DNA of 64,000 nucleotides. Origin: Octopus vulgaris (taxonomy: Eukaryota). The stretch is taken from assembly GCA_951406725.2 (NCBI GenBank), contig OX597827.1, positions 65,348,001 through 65,412,000 of the forward strand, read 5' to 3'. A program made the position numbers and the translations under genes. The notes below the pieces were generated by a model. The model was not told where the DNA came from. It did no database searches and saw nothing but the letters and a program-made list of their open reading frames with translations. Of this stretch, positions 12,281-25,320 are shown one piece after another (position 1 is the first letter of the stretch; every line of letters starts with the position of its first letter).

Positions 12281-12335
<55 letters not shown>

Positions 12336-12635
12336 GAAGATAGGACAAGATAGAAAATGGTAATATAATTTTATCATGAAGATTTTATCATTTTATCATT
12401 TTAGTACCTGTTCTAGCCTTTGCAACTTTTTCAACTTTTTCAAGAGTAAAACATGAAAAAAAAATTAAATTGTGGAAAAATTGAATGAAATGTATTTAAA
12501 AAATATTTCCATAGTTTTCAAATACGTAGGACATTTTCCTTTTAAATGTCTGCCTGAAGATACATTTTATGTGAGGGATGTTGGTTCTGGATTTTGATTG
12601 TTTAAGCAGCAGTAGCCGAGGAAGGAATCGGCGCA

Positions 12636-12800
12636 GAAGCAGAAGTAGAAGAAGAAGAAGAAGAAGAAGAAGAAGAAGAAGAAGAAGAAGAAGAAGAAGA
12701 AGAAGAAGAAGAAGAAGGAGGAGGAGGAGGAGGAGGAGGAGGAGGGGAAGGAGAAGAAGAAGAAGGAGAGGAAGAAGAAGGAGGAGGAGGAGGAGGAAAA
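12636..12800. repeat. (GAA)n/(GGA)n polypurine tract
   Basis: Directly visible. Confidence 0.95.
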
Positions 12801-12909
12801 GAAGAGAAATAATAAAAAGACTCGAGTGATATGACAGTAGTAGACTGTTGGTAGAATTTTTTTAAATGGTCAAGTGACCTAAAAGAAGGGCTAAAGATGT
12901 CGTAAAGGG

Positions 12910-13094
12910 TTAGAATTCATCTGGGAAAATAACTTCTTCGTCTTCAAAGGCAACTTCTATTGACAAAGATGGGAACAAAAATTTCCCTATGCTTTGCTAA
13001 TCTAGTCATGGGATATCTAAAAATCAGTCTTTATCGTAAGGTACTAGAAAAATACGGCAACCCATTCTCCCTCTACATAGGAGATAACCGCAAG

Positions 13095-13097
<3 letters not shown>
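12910..13097 (+). pseudogene. Penelope-like RT fragment
   Basis: ENNFFVFKGNFY / MGTKISLCFANLVMGYLKISLY aligns by eye with NNFFLFDD..MGTKAAPVLANLIMGYFELSLY of the 8442-9896 ORF. Confidence 0.75.
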
Positions 13098-13183
<86 letters not shown>

Positions 13184-13513
13184 GGTAGATTTTTTAAAAA
13201 TAACAATGCAATTCAATGGTTTATTGTATTATATTCAGTCCATTCAGTCGATTCCTCATCTGCGATTATATATCTGTGATTAGGTCTCTTGCTTTAAATC
13301 TGTCTAATTATTTTTAAGAACGAAGTGAATATTCGTGTAAATATATGTATGTGCTAGGTTTTACAGGGTCAGCATTTTTACTGTTCTCTTTAATAGATTT
13401 AATGAACTATTACAATACTTCGGCCGTGCAACGCATCCTCTCTCTCACTCTGTGTGTGTGTGTGTGTATGTGTGTCTGTGTGTGTGTATGTGTGTCTGTG
13501 TGTGTGTGTGTAT

Positions 13514-13665
13514 AGTTAATCCAAACATGAACCTGCAAGAAAAAACAACAACGCGAGGACGTGGTACAAGTACAATGCTATTGGACGCTCAGCAAAGGAA
13601 AGAGCGGAGCTCTTCTTCAGAAATATAAGAAAAAGTCCAAAGAAGAGGAGACGGAAAAAGAAACG
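13514..13665 (-). mobile_element. PLE-type terminal fragment (family of 33115-33303), hammerhead partly deleted
   Basis: GTTAATCCAAACATGAA...GAGGACGTGG...TTGGACGCTCAG; keeps CTGAAGAAGAGCTCCGCTC but lacks GAAACGT. Confidence 0.7.
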
Positions 13666-13684
13666 CACACACACACACACACTA

Positions 13685-13737
<53 letters not shown>

Positions 13738-14182
13738 ATTGTGTTGCTTTCTGTTGAGACTAAATAGTTAGAGCCATATCTCTTTCCGATATCTTTGTAC
13801 TCGTTTATAATTCAGTCGATATGTTTCTCTGCTTGATCCTACAAAATTTCCGATTTGTACCTGTTTATAATTTGAATAATTTCGTGTATTGGAACTCAAT
13901 ATATCGCCCTCTTTAATGCAATAACCAAGAAAATTTAGATAAGCCTATATGAACATACATTGAGTAAAGCTGTGTGATCAAAGATATTACAAACCTATCA
14001 ATATTGTTGCCGTTTGTACTGCTTACCTATGATATAACACAATGCGCGTTCCCCTCTTTTTCAGCAGTAAGGTGTGAGAAAGAAATTTATTATATATAGT
14101 GTATAATGGATCGATCAACAGCGTATAGCCTCTCTCGTTCATATTTGGTTTCTTTAGTTGCTAATATCGTTCGTTTTATTAT

Positions 14183-14570
14183 TAGATGAAGCACTCCGTC
14201 GGTTACGACGACGAGGGTTCCGGTTGATCCGAATCAACGGAACAGCCTGCTCGTGAAATTAACGTGTAAGTGGCTGAGCACTCCACAGACACGTGTACCC
14301 TTAACGTAGTTCTCGGGGATGTTCAGCGTGACACAGAGAGTGACAAGGCCGGCCCTTTGAAATACAGGTACAACAGAAACAGGAAGTAAGCGTGAGAGAA
14401 AGTTGTGGTGAAAGAGTACAGCAGGGATCACCACCATCCCCTGCCGGAGCCTCGTGGAGCTTTAGGTGTTTTCGCTCAATAAACACTCACAACGCCCGGT
14501 CTGGGAATCGAAACCGCGATGCTATGACTGCGAGTCCACTGCCCTGACCACTGGGCCATTGCGCCTCCAC
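14183..14570 (-). mobile_element. SINE family B, full length
   Basis: Near-identical to 4574-4960; TSD TCGTTTTATTAT at 14171-14182 and 14571-14582. Confidence 0.92.
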
Positions 14571-14904
14571 TCGTTTTATTATAACCTGCATAATTGTATC
14601 TGTTGTTATTGTACTTGCAGTGTTCTTTTTCGCAATTGTTTCTCAAGTTGCTCCTTATTACTTACTGGCACTAAATTTTGTCTTTGCCTTCTTGCTTCTA
14701 TAATTCTTCTTTCTTCTTTCCGAGTTATTTGCAGAAATATTCTTTTCTAGAGCGAAGATTTGTCAGAAACCTTTGAGCATCAGACATAATATCTTGCTAT
14801 ATTCCTCACACCTCTGTATATCATGATTTGAAATCCTGCCTTCCTCAACCTTAATTTTGTCTTCTGAGAACCAGCAAAGAAATCTACCAGATAAGTATTA
14901 AACG

Positions 14905-15210
14905 GTGGAGGCACATGGGGGTAGTTGTTAGAGCAGCGAACTCGCGGTCGAGAGATCGCGAGTTCGAATCTCAGACCGGGTGACGTGTGTGTTTATGAGC
15001 GAAACTCTTAAGCTCCACGCGGCTGCGGCAGAAGGTAACAATGAACTTCTGCTGATTCTTTCGCCACAACTTTCTTTCACTCCTTCCTCCTGCATCTTGC
15101 AGCTCACCTGCAACGGACCGGCGTGCCGTCCAGGTGGGGAACCTATTCGCCAAGGAAACCGGGAAACCGGCCCTTATGAGCCAGGCGTGGCTTGAGAAAG
15201 AACAAACAAC
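14905..15210 (+). mobile_element. SINE family C (B-like head, different tail)
   Basis: tRNA-like head; TSD AAGTATTAAACG at 14893-14904 and 15211-15222; second copy at 59406. Confidence 0.88.
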
Positions 15211-15439
15211 AAGTATTAAACGTGATGAAAGATACTAAACTCATCACCTTAAAATACTGGACATATCTACATAATCTGTTATCATTCTCCTCTTTAGTTG
15301 GCACAGGGTCTGCTCAGATTGAGCGGAGCTATGTCCAAGTGTTCTGCGTTTGTGATCATCCCATTCTTCAACTTTACATTTCCAAATTTATCTAGAATTA
15401 TATTATCGAAAGTATACTTTTAATACTCAGTGAAGAATG

Positions 15440-15705
15440 GAGCTGCCTGGCTTAGTGGTTAGAGTATTTGGATCTTAACGTCATGTGTTCGATTCCTGAC
15501 TGCGTATCGTGCGTAAAACACTATTTCATGTTGCTGCAATCCACTCAGCTGTATCTGTATTTCAAAGGACCAGCCTTATCACATTCTGTGTCATGCTGAT
15601 CTCCCTGAGAACTACTTTAAGGGTACACTTGTCTGCGGAGTGCTCAGCCACATGTACGATAATTTCGGGAGCTGACTGTTACGTAACCGAGGAAGCGCCA
15701 GTAAT
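15440..15705 (+). mobile_element. old SINE related to family B
   Basis: Degenerate head plus CTGAGAACTAC.TTAAGGGTACAC.TGTCTG.GGAGTGCTCAGCCAC body. Confidence 0.6.
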
Positions 15706-17419
15706 TAATAATTAAGTGAAGATTTTAGGTCAATTAGGCGACTACTTTTAACAGATTGTGCAACTAAGTAGCTACATCTTCCCTTGGCTCGTCTGTAATC
15801 GAAGTTTTGCCCAGACTAGTGACAATAAAAACGACCTTGCTGGTGTTGTCTTATTGCTATCTGTGTCCTGCTTTCTTTAAAAGGCAGGTAATAATTTGAA
15901 AGATATCTCGCTACAATTTTTAGCACGTCTAATAACAACGCGGATTCTCCATTTCACGTTGAATATGTCGTCAAATGCATTCTATGCATGATTATAACGT
16001 ATTTGTTTTATATCGAATGTAAGTTGTCCATTCGATTCAGTATAAATATGTTAACGGTTTATTTGGGAGATGTTTGGTTGCTCTTTTTAGCAACGCTATT
16101 AACCACGTTAGTTGACATGTTATCAAAGTCATTGTTACATATGTCTTGAGGTGGTATTGCTTTCGTATTTGCGCCTTTGTTCCTAATGCCTTTGTTAATA
16201 TATATGTTGTCTCTAAATCACTCGATTTACCGCCGGATCTATAGAAGTTATTGTTTGACTGTATGCATTTATAATGGCAGGATTGGTAGTTTCCGTGTTA
16301 ATATACAGTATCTCTCAATATACTTTTGAAGCAAACCACACGGGCGAGTTAATTCGCTTTTATTCGTCTTCTTTGTATTCCGGTAATGGATGTTTAAAAA
16401 CCATAGGTCTTCAGGGCAGCACCGATAAGTTGGTCATCGGATTATCTTTCAACGGATCGTGCTTGAAAGCAAAGGCATCCTTTGTCTGTTTGTCAAATTG
16501 CTTTTGAAAATTATCTACTGGTAAATTTCGTGATGACATCCAGCATTATAGCTTCATGTACCAATGTATACGGGTTACATAAAACACGGAGAAAAATAAA
16601 AGCGAATACGTCCGTTTCCATTCTCTCCTTCGTATTTCTCTTACGTATGTTTAAAAACCTATAGTTGTTTAGGGCATGACCAATATATCGACCGTCAGCA
16701 GGATACCTTTCAATTATCCGTACCTGAATGAACAAGCAGCATTTTTGTGTTCTATTTGTTTTATTACTTTCGAAAAGTATCTATTTTATTTTGTTTCGTT
16801 TTATTTTAATTTATTTTATTTCAGAACGCACGCGAGAGCTTACAGAAAGCAGAGCGTAGTTATAAAATCGTAGAAAACCAAAAATAAAAATAACGTAAAC
16901 AAAGACAGAATAAAAATGCAACAAAATATTAAGGTGTTGTTACGAGTTCAGAAAGTCAAGTAATTGTATTATTAATGGCTGATTTATTCAAATTGCTATT
17001 ATGCAAAACTCTAGGAAACAGTTATAATGCAAAAATGTTTCACTGCTACTATAAAGCTAAAATGTCGAATCCAATCAGAAAACCACTACATAACCGCACA
17101 ATTTGCATGAAACAACATCTGAATATTCCTGTAAATCACACATTATTGCCTTAAAAATGGAAAAATACATTTAAACATTCGACTCCTTAGATTCTCTGAA
17201 ACGGTAATATAGTGAATCACGGAATGTACATGATCATAAGAACTGCTCGATTTAATATCATAAAGCGTTATGCGTAAAGTGTTGGTTGATCATAAAGTCA
17301 CTACAACAAACTGACTTATACGATGCTATAAAATTTTAAATTTAGTTTAATGAGACTTCACAATCACTTGAAACGCTCGTATATTGCTTTCTATTTTGAT
17401 GAGGTGTATCTCTATTTTC

Positions 17420-17780
17420 CAGTCTTTCAACTATCATGCACCTTGTCTTCGACATCTCCGATTTCTCCGTGCTTCCCGGCACACACTTTAAAGATAATTT
17501 AAGTACAAAAAACGCATCCTTTGCAATTTGTAGTCTGCAACACATTACATCAACTATTCGTATCTGAGACCCATACTCAATCAAATCAAACACCCGTCTT
17601 CACATAATATACCCAAACAGTAACTGCCGCAGATCGCCACATCGAGACTGCCCTACTACATTTCTATAATACACAGCATGCGCAATCACTCCTAGACCCT
17701 ACAACACTTCAAGGCAGTATCGTAAAATCACGCTCTAGGGCGCGCCATTCCAAAGAGAGATTTGTCCCTTGTACCATGAA
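17420..17780 (+). pseudogene. possible decayed CR1/L2-type LINE 3' end
   Basis: RSRARHSKERFVP resembles the R.RT.R...SF.P C-terminal motif; weak. Confidence 0.3.
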
Positions 17781-18377
17781 TTCCATGTTTCTCATGAACT
17801 TTCACATTTCTAACTAATTTAATAAGATTTCATGGATTTAAGTTAAGCAAACATAAGTGAAATATTGAAATCATTCACTTGAGAGCCAGTCACAGAGTCT
17901 CTGTAAGGTCCCTCAACCAGCTAGAAATTGTGTATCAGTTTTCAACAAATCCCTTACCATAGTTTTTCAAAAATTGTATCATTCATTAGATTATATAGTT
18001 CTAGATGATTCTAAGACGTCGAGGATTGCTTTTAATCGCTGACCTACTCAGTGAGAAATATTTTCGGTGGCTCTAACAAAGAGAGCAACACCAATAGAAT
18101 AACATATTTGTGTAAAATCTCTTTCATACCATCAAAAATTATTTGAAAATTTTAAGCTGAACATATTTAGTCTGAAATCATCAGTAATACAACACAAAAA
18201 AATGACTGGAATGTCAATTCAAATGTTTAAGAATTTGTTTTGAATCTATGAAAATATGGATTTGCAACATGTTCATATTTGTTGTGTTATTACAATTTTT
18301 TTTTCTGTTATATACATAATTGCTTTTCTAAAACTAAGACGTCAGATGTTTAACAAAAATATCTCCCTTTCATAGTA

Positions 18378-18889
18378 CCGTAAATTCTCGAGTATAGTCC
18401 GCCCTTGAGTTTAATACGCAGGGGAATTTTAGGAGGCTGTTCCTCTGAAAAACCTAAACCTTGTGTATAATACCCACCCCTTCTCACATGTGGGTCAAGG
18501 AGGTCTATATAACGTCCTTGGTTTGTAAAACTGTATACGGTAACATCCTTTATTATTATTGTATATATAACATAATGCAAACGTGTAGCATTTTTGTGCA
18601 TTTTGTTTGCAGAAAATGAAGAAATAACAGTAATAACGTTTAATAAATGTTGCTTACTGCAAGCTATAGATGGTTCTTTTGTGACTTCATTGCTGTCAGC
18701 GTTAGCTTACGGTATTTTCGCGCCCGATATCACAAAATGTGTATGAATAAACATTGCCGGACAGCAAATAGAGACTCGGACATTGCTTAGAAAATAAATT
18801 TCATTTTCAACCTCGTATATAGTACACACTAGGGATATTGACCTTTAAATTTTGGGAAAAATGTGCGGATTATATACGAGGATTTACGG
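18378..18889. mobile_element. pogo/Tc1-mariner-type MITE
   Basis: TIRs CCGTAAATTCTCGAGTATAGTCCGC / GCGGATTATATACGAGGATTTACGG with TA on both sides. Confidence 0.85.
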
Positions 18890-19477
18890 TATTTAAAAGG
18901 AAACATATAACAAAAGCTTTAACTGTAATTCTCACCGTATCTTGTATTCATGCTCCGGTAATATATCTGTTTCAAGGATTTCTACCATTGTATAGATGAA
19001 ATCACGAAACCTACGTCCACAACGAAAATGTTCGTTATCTATGCTTGATTACATTTATACGCCATTAAACCTCAAACCTGATTTTAACGTTGAGGAAATA
19101 AATATTCTTATATACAGATAACTTACTCTTTGTACGTTTGTTTTACCTCAAAGGATCCTGTGAACAGTATAAGACACTGCATGCGAATTGATAATCACAC
19201 GTAAACCCGCGTGACTCGTCATCAGCAATGAGAACATCCTCAGTGTGCTGGAATTGTCTGAAAACACCTATACATTATTCGGTTAAAGGTTTCATGTAGG
19301 TAATACGTCTATATAGAAAATCCACTGCAATCCCTTCACAAATTAATATATGTTTCTACAAAACCTATGTTTATAGGAAGATTAAAAAAACAAAACAATT
19401 CTGAACAAATAAAAGAAAAAGGGTATTTTAAATAATAGCAATAGAATGATACGGAAAAACGTATGGTGCGGCAAAAG

Positions 19478-19508
19478 TAACAATAAAACAACAACAACAA
19501 CAATAATG

Positions 19509-19572
<64 letters not shown>

Positions 19573-20130
19573 TAATAATAATGATAATAATAATAATCAT
19601 AATAATAATAATAATAGTAATAATAATAATAATGATAAGAAGAAGAAGAAGTAGAAGAAGAAGAAGAAGAAGAAGAAGAAGAAATAGAAGAAGTAGAAGA
19701 AGAAGTAGAAGAAGAAGAAGAAGAAGTAGAAGAAGAAGTAGAAGAAGAAGTAGAAGAAGAAGAAGAAGAAGTAGAAGAAGAAGTAGAAGAAGAAGAAGAA
19801 GAAGAAGAAGAAGATGTAGTAAAATAAAAGAAGAAGAAGAAGAGAAGAAGAAGAAGAAGAAGAAGAAGAAGAAGAAGAAGAAGAAGAAGATGTAGAAGAA
19901 GAAGAAGTAGAAGTAGAAGAAGTAGAAGTAGAAGAAGAAGAAGAAGAAGAAGAAGAAGAAGAAGACGAAGAAGAAGAAGAAGAAGTAGAAGCGGAAGAAG
20001 AAGATGTAGTAGAAGAAGAAGACGAAGAAGAAGAAGAAGTAGAAGAGGAAGAACAACAACAACAACAACAACAACAACAATAATAATGATGATAATAATA
20101 ATAAAAATAATATCAATAATAATAATAATG
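19478..20130. repeat. compound trinucleotide array (CAA)n(TAA)n(GAA/GTA)n(CAA)n(TAA)n
   Basis: Directly visible. Confidence 0.95.
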
Positions 20131-20682
20131 ATCGTATGAAAAAAGAGCAAAGAGAAACAACAATAGCAAATGAGCTCAGCAGGAACGGAAATGAAAAACA
20201 AGGAGGAAAATAATGAAAAAAGCGATGGTTGCCAGGAAAGGGAGAAATACACGAAGACAGGGAAGATGGTAAAAGCTATAACAATCAACTACAAAAAAAA
20301 AAAAAGACATGCGATTCAGTAGGCTTTTGTTTATGCGTTTTTTTATTATTTATTTTATTTTTTTTTTGTTGTTTGCTTTCTTCTAAAAATCAAACCAAAG
20401 TCTTCATATGGGTTCAGGCAAATTTTCTGGCATCAGATATAGAAAGTAGTTGGCACTAATATAACACACAGTTAAATCAAACAAATAGGGAACAAATAAA
20501 TACTGTGAGCAACAACAACAAAAACAACAACAACAACAACAATAAATACGTAATACGAAAGCAAATACGAAAGCAAATATATACATATAAACATATATAT
20601 ATACTTAAAGAAAAATTACATTTCGGTAGTTCGTGCTCTTTATTATTATTATTATTTTTTTTTTTTGGTTTGTCCTTTGTTC

Positions 20683-20718
<36 letters not shown>

Positions 20719-20899
20719 TTTGGGGATTTGTTGCATTTTTATCGGAGTGTATTTAGTAGTGAAATGGGATGTCAGAAAACTGTAAGGTAATTAAAGTCTC
20801 TGAGTCGTTGAATGTGCGATAGAATTGAGTCAAGATGAGAATGGGGGAGATTTTTCAATTAAAACAACGCTGAAAATGTAGAAAAATATATACGAAAAA

Positions 20900-20913
20900 G
20901 AAATAATAATAAC

Positions 20914-20979
<66 letters not shown>

Positions 20980-21040
20980 TAATAATAATAATAATAATAA
21001 ATAATAATAATAATAATAAATAATGATAATAATAATAAAA
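20900..21040. repeat. (TAA)n microsatellite
   Basis: Directly visible. Confidence 0.95.
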
Positions 21041-21718
21041 CACAAACAATAAAATAGTTTGAGAGAGAATTTACTAAGGGAAAACACGCACGATTTACAG
21101 GGAGAATTGGAAAAAAGGGGAAAAAAAAATAGGTGGATCGAAATGGTAATATAATGAAGATGTCAGGATAATACGTATGCAAGGGAGAAGAAAAAAGAAA
21201 TGAAAGAATTACAGATGGAATAAGACAATACATAACATTAAGTGCATTGAATAGAAATGCATGCAGCGTGTATTACATGCACGTAGTATCACTTTTTTCC
21301 TCTTGGTCTCTATCAATATACATGTATAGGTGTGTATGGATGTATATATATATATGTATAGTCATGGATCCACACACACATGCACATACATATGTTAACC
21401 ATATATATATATATGGGTGTGTGTACGTGCGTGTCTGTCTTTGTGTGTGTATAATGGTACAGGGGATGGGGTAAATGTACGTGATCGCATGGTCGTTAGT
21501 TCGATAACCTTTATCTGTGGTGGAATAACCTTCTCACCATTGTAGAAAATATTGCACCCTTAGTCGCGTCGCTAGAAAGGAATGGAAACTGGAATAAGCT
21601 CTACCGAAAGGGAATAGAGATTCGAAACACTCTGTGACTATAAACATCCCCATCAAACACACACGCACCATACACACACACACATGCACACACACGCACA
21701 CACACACACACACATACG

Positions 21719-21749
<31 letters not shown>

Positions 21750-21753
21750 GTAT

Positions 21754-21947
21754 AGAGGCAGGCGTGGGTGTGTGGTAAGAAGCTTACGTCCACGGTTCAG
21801 TCCCTCTGGCTGCATTTTGGGCTAGTTTCTTCCATTATAGCCACGTCCCGACAAAAGCCTTGTGAGTAGATTTGGAAGACAGAAACTGAAAAAAGCCCAC
21901 CATACACACACACATCACACACACACAGACAGACACACAGATACAGA

Positions 21948-21985
<38 letters not shown>

Positions 21986-22050
21986 CGTTTATATTTATGT
22001 GCCTTTGCGTCTGAGTTTGTCCCTCCGACCATCGCTTAACGACCGATGTT
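21754..22050 (+). mobile_element. diverged SINE family A
   Basis: Head and body match, internal CA tract. Confidence 0.7.
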
Positions 22051-24558
22051 TTGCACGCCGCAAAAAAAAAAATGGTGGCATTTTGTTCGTCCTTAAATTC
22101 TGAGTTCAAATTCCACCGAGGTTGACTTTGCCTTCTATCTTTTTGGGGTCAATAAATTAAGTATCGATCGAGAGCTAACTTCGATGTAATTGACTTACAC
22201 CCCCTAGATCTTGCTGGCATTATGCCAAAATTTGAAACCAATAACTGAATATATTTATGTTTATATATTAATCTGAACATTGAAATGTCCATATTACTAT
22301 ATTTGTATGAACTCGTTGGCTCTGCCTGATGCAATGATCCATGTCAAACACTACTTTAATATGATATAGGCTACCTCCACCCTAGTTCATGATACCTAAT
22401 AATTGCTGTACTTGTGTTATTTGTTTAGTAGCATGTCAATCTCATAGTATAACTGCCAAGATGATCTATGTCCTATAGTTTTTCGATGAAAACCTACCGT
22501 TTTCTTTTTCAGAATTAGCGTAACTAGAATTATACTAGACAATATGAATCTTAACCCCAATTTGTAGCAGACAGCGCCGGCTTACAAGGTTTTTAGATAG
22601 TACTTACGAATGTTCAACGTGTATGATATTAAAACTTGAACTTTTCGTTGTAAAGAGGTTTTTAATTCAAACTTACCATCAAAATTTTATATTAATTTAA
22701 GTACAATACAAGAGTATAAAATAACATAGTTATTTTATAAATTCTTTGGCCACTCGCAGAGCTGCAAAAGTGCAAGCAATACCTTGTGAGAGATTCTTAA
22801 TACCTTATGGGAGATTCTATCTGGAATATCTAATCGCTGGTACTTTTCATCACCGAAGAACATTTCTCTTTATAAGATACGTTTTCTTAAAACACGTGAT
22901 TCAGCGGTTCACTTTTGTAAGATTTCAAGACACCTCGGTGTTTCGATCTCGTTGTGTGTTACCATAGACAAAGCCACTCAAAGTCAGACCAAAGAATGTC
23001 ATAATAATACGAGCTTTTGTTTAAAGGATTTTGCAGACAGATTATTTGTTGATTTGTGAAGATGTTAGGCAAACTGGCCATAAGTCACGTGGTGAAAATT
23101 CTGGACAGAAATATATGTTAACAAAAGGATGAAGCTTGTTGGAGCCTTTGTGAACATAAGCATATTCTGAATGGTTAAGAAGTTCGCTTCACAATCATTA
23201 CAGTATCATTGCATGACACTGGGACGTTTTTTTTACCATTGCTTCAGAATGAACTAAGATTTGTGAGTGAGGTCTGTATGAAAGTCTGTCGATGGAGTCT
23301 GTTTTGTATTTTAATGTACACCCTTGCCAGTTAATGAGTCCTGCTGATTCTATCAGAAAATTATATTACTGATGTGTTTGTAGAAACCCTAACCACTTAC
23401 ACGTTAATTCAATGAGCAGAAAATTTAGTTGATCAAACAAACTACTTGTCGTCGAACGAGACGGAAATCCATTTAATATCTTCTTGAGCAAGTGTATCAT
23501 TAGATTACAATGGCTATTTCAAATACTCTCAAGCGAATATCATGATGTTGGACACATTTCGACATCGCTAATTCACTATATATAAATAGCGTTTCCAAAC
23601 AGAATTTCTCTCTCGTAACGAACTGTGGGAGATTATCTCATCAACACATTGTTAGCGTACAAAATAATTTAATAAGAAAATAAATAAATAAACGAATAAA
23701 TGAATACAGAGAATTATTGGTGCCGAAATATTTAACAAGTAATCGAAATCTTTATGGTGCGAGTTATATTCAGTAACATCACAGACATTGAGGCACATAT
23801 AAAACGTCAGTTAATTGTCTTTTATAGATATTCATATGAATAAAATACATATTCCATTTCTTTTTTTTTTTTTTTTTCACTTTTAACAATCGATGTTCTA
23901 TCAACTCAATTCATGCAGGAATTATGAAACTAATGAGAAACATTAAACACGTGAAAACGGTAAGAAGAATGAAAAAAATGAAAAAATCAAACTTAGAAAT
24001 AATAAACCAAAGGGGTAAAAGAAAGAAATAATCGAATATGAATACATTTGAACAATGCTGCATATAATTGTCTCCTCTCTCTATATTTTTTTTTTTCTGA
24101 ATTTTTATATTTCTGTTTTTGTTGTTGCTGTTACATTTGAACTTCTGTGAACAATGCTGTTTCTTGTTTTGTGAAGAACAACTTTGGTGGTATTAAAATT
24201 AGCGTCTATTTTGGAAATATTTGTAATGCGTTATATTGATTTCTAATTTTGGTACAAGGCCAACCAGAAATTCTTGAGGAAATGGATGTTATCTAAAAAC
24301 AAACAATCAAGCTATATCGCAATTGCCTCCGGAAGAAGGTCGTACTAAGAAAATGCAACGGATCCATGGAAGATGAGGCATTTCAGCACTTTAGCTGCAC
24401 GTCTAAGAGAAGATAACTCAATACAAATTTTCCATCCTCAAAACTACTAGGCTCGTTGGAATTGTTGCGCCAAACCAATACAGGTTTGAAGAACAAGGGA
24501 GTGGAGCTGGTTCCGCGCAATCTCCTCTTCACTTTAATAATATTTATCGTGCTTTGAA

Positions 24559-24940
24559 GGCGGCGAGCTGGCAGAAACGTTAGCACGCCGGGCGAAATCC
24601 TTAGCGGTATTTCCTCTGCCGCTACGTTCTGAATTCAAATTCCGCCGAGTTCGACTTTGCCTTTCATCCTTTCGGGGTCGATGTAATCGACTTAATACCT
24701 ATGTCTGTCCTTGTTTGTCCCCTCTGTGTTTAGCCCCTTGTGGGTAATAAAGAAATAGGTATTTCCTCTGCCGCTACGTTCTGAGTTCAAATTCCGCCGA
24801 GGTCGACTTTCTCTTTCATCCTTTCGGGGTCGATAAATTAAGTACCAGTTACGCACTGGGGTCGATATAATCATCTTAATCTGTTTGTCTGTCTTTGTTT
24901 GTCCCCTTTGTATGTAGCCCCTTGTGGGTAGTAAAGAAAT
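24559..24940 (+). mobile_element. SINE family D with tandem partial duplication
   Basis: Second unit restarts at GGTATTTCCTCTGCCGCTACG (~24758); flanks share TAATATT..TCGTGCT (TSD-like). Confidence 0.85.
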
Positions 24941-25097
24941 AATATTCCTCGTGCTGCATGTTTAGCGAATCAAGATACGAGCACCAACATCATGACACAC
25001 TCTTCATAAGTTTAGTGACGGTAGGCTAAGACGTAACTGGAACTGGTAGAGTGTGCTACTTAAATTATTCATCTTTGGCCCTGGAGACATGTGGCCA

Positions 25098-25320
25098 TAT
25101 TGGCATCCTTTCTGTCTCGGGAGACAATGGAGTTGCGCATGAAGTAGTCTAGTCCGGCTTTTATATTTCATGTGATACATTTCCTGCTGTGGCTGTGTAG
25201 TCTTATCCTGGACAAACACTCCCTCTGGCAGGTACCGCAAATGTAGCGAAGACTGTTCCTGGCTGGTTGTAGTGCCATAGTCTCTTGTTTACGTCTCTTC
25301 CTTTCTTTCCATTTCTCCTC
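25098..25320 (-). pseudogene. RTE-clade LINE 3' end
   Basis: Minus-strand YICGTCQRECLSRIRLHSHSRKC* (C..C.R.C.SRIGL.SH motif), followed by TTGTCTCCCGAGACAGAAAGGATGCC 3' UTR hairpin. Confidence 0.7.

Noticed and set aside
18989-19021. TAGATGA-aatcac-GAAAC-ctac-GTC hammerhead-like string
   Set aside because: No stem II and core mismatches; could be chance
19165-19230. Minus-strand CTGATGA followed by hairpin TCACGCG/CGTGTGA
   Set aside because: GAAA half and stem I are absent
19382-20288. 244-286 aa poly-Leu/Ser/Tyr ORFs
   Set aside because: Trinucleotide repeat translations
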